A stretch of DNA of 64,000 bases, taken from the NCBI RefSeq assembly GCF_009914755.1, contig NC_060926.1. One strand, written 5' to 3'. This stretch comes from the human T2T-CHM13v2.0 reference genome, Homo sapiens. How positions within the stretch are numbered: the first letter of the stretch is position 1; each line of letters starts with the position of its first letter. Of this stretch, positions 58,724-64,000 are shown one piece after another. Made by a program: the position numbers and the translations under genes. The notes under the pieces were generated by a model. It saw only the letters and a list, made by a program, of their open reading frames with translations. It was not told the DNA's origin and made no database searches.

Positions 58724-58850
58724 GACAAACAACATGGATGTCCATTTGGTGCTAGATGGAGTAAGATGGAACCTGGCCTGATGGCCAAGACCAAGACATT
58801 TATCTCCCCAAAAAGAGTTTCTGTTGGACAAGAGAATGATGATAAAGAGG

Positions 58851-59375
58851 TGTGGTAGTCCCCTGTGGGATGCTGGAAAAGAATACCACAAATTGAGTGA
58901 CTTGATTAATCTTTTCATAGTTCTAGAGGATAAAAGTTGAAGATGAAGGTGAAGCAGGGTTGGCTTCTTCCTGGCTTGCAGATGGTCACCTTCTCACTGT
59001 GTCCTTATGTGACCTTTCATCCTTGTTTGCACATTCCTGGTGTCTCTTCCTCTTTTAATAAGGACACAGGTCTTATCGGATTAGCTTCCCACTCTTTTGA
59101 CAGCATTTAAACTTAATTAAATTGGTAGAGGATGGGAAATTACTTAATGGTACAGCGTATGCTATTCAGGCAATGGGTACCCTAAAAGCCTTGACTTGAC
59201 CACTATGTAATCTATACATGCAAAAAAATTACACTTATATCCTGTAAACTTACATGAATAAAAAATTAAATAAGCTTAATTATCTCCTTAAAGACCCTAT
59301 CTTTAAATACAGTCACATTGGGTTACGACTACTTCCACATGCGGATTTTAGGGGGACAGAACTCAGTCCATAACA
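58851..59375 (-). mobile_element. MLT1A/B MaLR LTR interrupted by a short L1
   Basis: 'ataccacaaattgagtgactt...cctggcttgcagatgg...taaggacac...gaactcagtccataaca'. Confidence 0.8.
59120..59270 (+). mobile_element. Short L1MA-type 3' end
   Basis: 'gaaattacttaatggtac...ccctaaaagccttgacttgaccactatg' plus A tail; TSD taaacttaatta (59108-59119) / taagcttaatta (59271-59282). Confidence 0.8.
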
Positions 59376-61339
59376 ACAGAAGACCACTGAAATTGGAAGA
59401 GGCGTGTGATTCATTCCAGCTGCTGCACTGCGGCAGATCCCAAGCAGTGGCACTGACAAGCTGTGTCACCAGGCAGAGGCTGACACAAAAGAGCAACCCA
59501 GCGGACTAAAGGCCACATCTATAGCAGCTTAGAAGCTGCCTCAGCCTCATGCTGTGGGTCCGGCGCAGGTTAAACAGGCTTGGGCAAGGCTAAGAAGGGA
59601 CACAGCGGGGGTTGCTGAAGAAGAGTCAGGAGTTTGTCCTCCTAAGACCAGGGCAGTTTAGAGACATCATTATCACATTTGCATCTCTGGTTCCTAGGAG
59701 ACATCGGGGCACAGGGTAAGTGTTCAATTATTCACCAATGAACTTCAAATGGTTAAATAGTTGAGAACACAGGGAGCTCCCCATTACTGGCTGCATCTGT
59801 CCAAGGGGCTATGAAAAGTGGTCGTGCATTGAATGAGACCTTGAAAATCTTGTCCTGGTCTAACAGTCTGACTCTTTGTTTACATAACAAAGTGGATCAT
59901 AAAAAATCCCCATCTCTTTCTACGTCTGAGTAGATTTTCTTAGTTTACACTGTCATCTTGTGAGCTATGTTTGTATTTTGCATATGCGTTTGCCCCATTT
60001 TGGGGTGGCATTTTAAGGGGATGATGACTTATAATGTTCCTTCATTAGAAACATTGTAAAGCAGGATAGGTTTTTATGGCTCTATGTCCTTGTGATGCAC
60101 ATATGTGGGCAGCACTAGTAGTATCTCATCAGAAGCTTTCTCTTCTTTCAACTGGGTCCACAGGTTGAACTCTTCCTATGAGTGGAGCCCTAGCACTGCT
60201 CATTGCCCTGCCTGGCAGTGGTGTGGGAGGAGCCATGGCCCACCGGCCCCAGATCTTTCTAAGGGGGACACTGAATTACATTGTTCATCTCAAGAGTTAA
60301 ACTAGACAAAGTGGGCCCAAACCTAATAAGACAGCCCATTAGGAACATTTTCTGTGCTTACATCTTACTGACTTTTATCATAAATTAGAGATTTTGAAGA
60401 GAATGAGTCATAGAAAAAGAAAAAATAATAACCTGGTTCAGCAATCAGCATATTATATCTCCCCAGTGACTCATAACATCAGACTCAAGTCAGGACAAAC
60501 AGAGTTCCTGTCAGAAAGAAGTGCAGTTAAAAATAAAAGCAAAAATAGGAAGGGGTGGGCGGGCAGGGTGGGGGGAGCAAAACCTTTTAAACTGTGCCTA
60601 GAACTCTCCCCAGCCTGGATTCCCTAATGAGGGATTTGAGGTGCAAATAGGCTGAAAAGCCTGAGTCAGACAGCAGGAGGAAGCAGCTCCCAGGGTGCAA
60701 AGACAAATGGATTTCTTAATAAAATCCTCCAGGAAAAGAAAAGCAGCAGAAACCATGAAGTATGGATTATTCGTTAAATACGAAAGGGGCCTGCAAGAGG
60801 GCTTCTCCTAATGAAATCGTGGCACAATTTCATGAAGAAACACAGGTTTCAGAGTTAAACCAACTTGCATCTTAATTGTGGTTCCACCAAAATTGGCTGT
60901 GCAAGCTTGGAAGGATCCTTGGTTTTCACATCTGTTGGATGAGGATAACAAGCCACAGCACAGAGCTGTTGTGAAGATTGACCGATGCTAAGCATGTAAA
61001 GCACTTAGCATGGTGTACACATTTACAGGAAAAAAGACTGACATTAAATAATAATTTGTCTTAAAACTATAGATGAAAATACATCTGGACAGAGTTTGCT
61101 GAAGCTTTAATTGATAGACTCAGATAAGTGTCTATCAAGCATGTCACAGAATCACAGCTTCGTAAGAGTGGATTCAGATGCCGCTGACTAAGGCCATGGT
61201 ACCCTTGAACATTTTATTACAGCAGAAAAGGTTAAGCAGCTTTGGCTGGTCCAATAGTTTCCCTGTTCTACATGAGTTCCTCTTCTTCGGTTTCTCCCCA
61301 ACCAGCCTAGCCAGTGCTTTTAGTGCACATTTGAAAACC

Positions 61340-61560
61340 CAAAAATAAGTTTGCAGCCAAGCAACTTTGGATTAAGCTTTGATTCTTCCAGTTACTACCT
61401 ATGTGACATTGGCGAGATGCTTCACCTTTCTAAGCCTTAGTGGCACACCTGTGAGATGAAGTAAGTAGCTACTATCTTAAACAGATGCTATGGAATTTTG
61501 AATGAAGAACTTGAAATGTCTAGCATAGTTTGTGAGCACAAAAGTAATTGACAGACTATT
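61340..61560 (+). mobile_element. MIR
   Basis: 'ttactacctatgtgacattggcgagatgcttcacctttctaagccttag' MIR core. Confidence 0.6.
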
Positions 61561-62438
61561 TTCATTCCTCTCTCCTAACTAATGTATGCATTTTGTTAGC
61601 TATAAATAAGACAATCAATAGCAGAAACGATCTACCTGCCGTTTACAGGAGAATATTTGGAAAAATGTCAGTCCAATTTATAAGTGTTTACAGAAAAGAA
61701 GGAGCTAAGTGAACGTCCCACTCCTCAGGCCAATATCTCTCAGCCTTTGTAATCTTTGTTCTGTCATTTCCAGAGAGGAAAAAACATGTCCCTGATAAGT
61801 GGGGTTGCATGTGGTCCTCTCAGTCACCTGTCCCAGTACACTGCTGTGAAAGGTTGTAGACTTTGGAGACAGACTTACGTGGTTTTGTGTCCTAGTTTCT
61901 TGCCTTAAAGCTGTATAAAGTTAATAAAATCATGGAAGTCTCCATTTCCTCACCAATGATGCAGAGAGCTACCTCACAGGCTTGCCCTAAAGATTAAACC
62001 ACACGACGGAAGAGCCTGACCTATGAGTCAACAAGGGCTAGCTGCTGTGTGGCTGTCCCAGGCCATCCACCATTCTGCATGTTTCTTGCTACAGCACCCA
62101 GGACTTTGCTGTTTGCACTTCCTCTGAGAGCAGACACCTCTCATGAACTCCTCTGAGTCTTCGTCCTTGTAAATATCTGCAGTGTGGAATCAGTCTGCAG
62201 CTAACACTCCTCCAGGTTGCTCATGAAGTCACATGCAAGGGTCATCGGCAATGGTGAAGAGCTGCAGAACTAACATACCAGAGGGAGTGGCAAAGCTTTC
62301 TAAACTACAAAGTCTTTATAGCTGTGATCCTTGCTCTGGAGTTTCTAACTCCCACCTGAGAGGGTCTCAAGCTTATCCTTATTTTTCAGGATGTGGCTTA
62401 TTGTATCCTCTTGATCCTCACTCTGCATCTGCTTACAT

Positions 62439-62985
62439 TGTTACTGGAAGAGGTCTGGATCCAGACCCCAAGAGAGGGTTCTTTGATCTCATGCAAGAAA
62501 GAATTCAGGGCAAGTCCACAGAGAAAACTAAAAGCCAGTTTATTAGGAAAGTAAAGGAATAAAAGAATGGGCTACTCTATAGACACAGCAGCCCTGAGAG
62601 CTGTTGGTTGCCTATTTTTATGGTTATTTCTTGATGATATGATAAACAAAGGGTGGATTATTCATGCCTCCCCATTTTGGACCAGATAGGGTAACTTCAT
62701 GACATTGCCATAGCATTTGTAAACTGTCATGGCGCTAATAAGAGTGTAGCAGTGAGGATGACCAGAGGTCACTCTCATGGCCATTTTGGTTTTGGTGGGT
62801 TTTAGCCAGTTTCTTTACTGCAACCTGTTTCATCAGCAAGGCCTTTGTGACCTGTGTCTTATGCCAGTCTCCTATCTCATCCTGTGACTTAGAATGCCTA
62901 ACTGGGAATGCAGCCCAGGAGGTTTCAGCCTTATTTTACCCGCCCCCTACTCAAGATGGAGTCACTCTGGTTCAAACGCCTGACA
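62439..62985 (-). mobile_element. MER41A (ERV1) solo LTR
   Basis: TG...CA termini, 547 bp; 'gatccagaccccaagagagggttc' and 'caagatggagtcactctggttcaaacgcctgaca'; perfect 4-bp TSD ACAT. Confidence 0.88.
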
Positions 62986-63044
62986 ACATCACAGTGTTTC
63001 ACTCCTAGAAACGTTGAATGCTTGAAATAATAGTTAGCACTCAG

Positions 63045-63663
63045 TGTGGCAGATTGTAGTCTCCATAGTAATAATTCTGGTCCCACATGGTCTTCCAGAA
63101 TTTTGTGATCAAGAAGCAGAGCAGATTTACCCACACCATGAGTCTTGACAGGTCTTAATGGCTGGCCCAACAAAGAGGCGTGGCAGAAGGGACACAGGGA
63201 GCTTCTAAAGCTGGATTCGAAAAGGTACTACAGTTTTAGCCTCCTTCTCTCTCTCCCTCTCTTTTACTCTCTCTTTCTCTGCGTTTGTCTCTATTTTAGG
63301 AGCCTTCATCTACCACATAAGAATTGCAGCAAACCCTGCAGCTATCCTGAAGCTGCCATGCTGAAAAGGCCAATTGGGAGACCACATAGAGACCGAGAGA
63401 GACTTCCAAGGACTCCAGCCAATCCTGGGCCCCAGCAGTTTGAATCTCCCAGCAATGCCACCATACAGGAGAGGGAGCAAATACTCAGAAGATTCAAGTG
63501 CCAGCTGCATGGGTTGATACCTACATAAAAGGCATTGGGTAAGAACTTTTGCACTGAGTCCAGTCAACCGCCAGAAATGTGAGAAATAATAATAAAATGA
63601 ATACTGTTGTTTAAGGCCCCTACGGTATAGGGCAACTTGTTATTCAGCAACAGTTTGCTGGAA
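63045..63663 (+). mobile_element. MLT1 (G/H-like) MaLR 5' LTR
   Basis: tgtggcagattg start; 'gctgccatgctgaaaaggcc'; 'gtcaaccgccagaaatgtgagaaataataataaaatg...ttgttattcagcaacag'. Confidence 0.7.
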
Positions 63664-64000
63664 AACCTACTGATACCTGTAAGTGAAGTGTTGCTCTAAC
63701 AGAATCTGAGACATGAGGCAGTGGCTTTGGGACTAAGTAACTAAGGGGCTTTAGGATTAAGGGATGATGCAAACATTGAAAAAGCCTTGGAAAAACAGTG
63801 GGAGCTTAATGAACCCCAAAGAGATTATCAGGAAAGACTTCAAAGGAAGTGAGAATAAGGCGATTAGGAGTTGGAAGAAAGGAGACTTTCTTACAGAGTG
63901 GTAGAAAGTTTAACATCACTACTTCCAGCTGTAAGGTGGAAAATAGGCAGTCTATCTCATGCCTTGGATGATCCAGCCAAGATTTCTAGGTGGAGTGTTG
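63664..64000 (+). mobile_element. MaLR internal region (MLT1-int), running off the window
   Basis: 'gatacctgtaagtgaagtgttgct', 'ttggaagaaaggagac...cagagtggtagaaagttta' resemble the MaLR internal 5' region. Confidence 0.6.

Overview
Primate genomic DNA, most likely hominid: it carries an L1PA2-type LINE, AluY elements and an Hsmar1 mariner. The window is AT-rich, intergenic or deep intronic, and dominated by interspersed repeats. I found no host protein-coding exon, RNA gene or CpG island that I can support. The centrepiece is a nested insertion stack at about 23.8-37.1 kb. An ancient L1M received an AluY and a 5'-inverted (twin-primed) L1PA7/8-like element, and a full-length L1PA2 then landed inside that inverted arm. 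The L1PA2 has dead ORF1 and ORF2, but keeps its YY1 site, antisense promoter and an open, C-terminally extended ORF0. Its tail appears to hold two serial short 3' transductions. Other notable items are a full-length degenerate Hsmar1, solo LTRs with target-site duplications (TSDs; MLT2A, MSTB, MER41A), a FAM monomer, a cluster of nested palindromes at about 37.45 kb, and a few candidate enhancer or CTCF sites. Subfamily calls come from my recall of consensus sequences, not from a RepeatMasker run. Boundaries of old repeats are approximate. I see no evidence for a wholly new biological system; the findings are retrotransposition and mutation signatures plus regulatory hypotheses.
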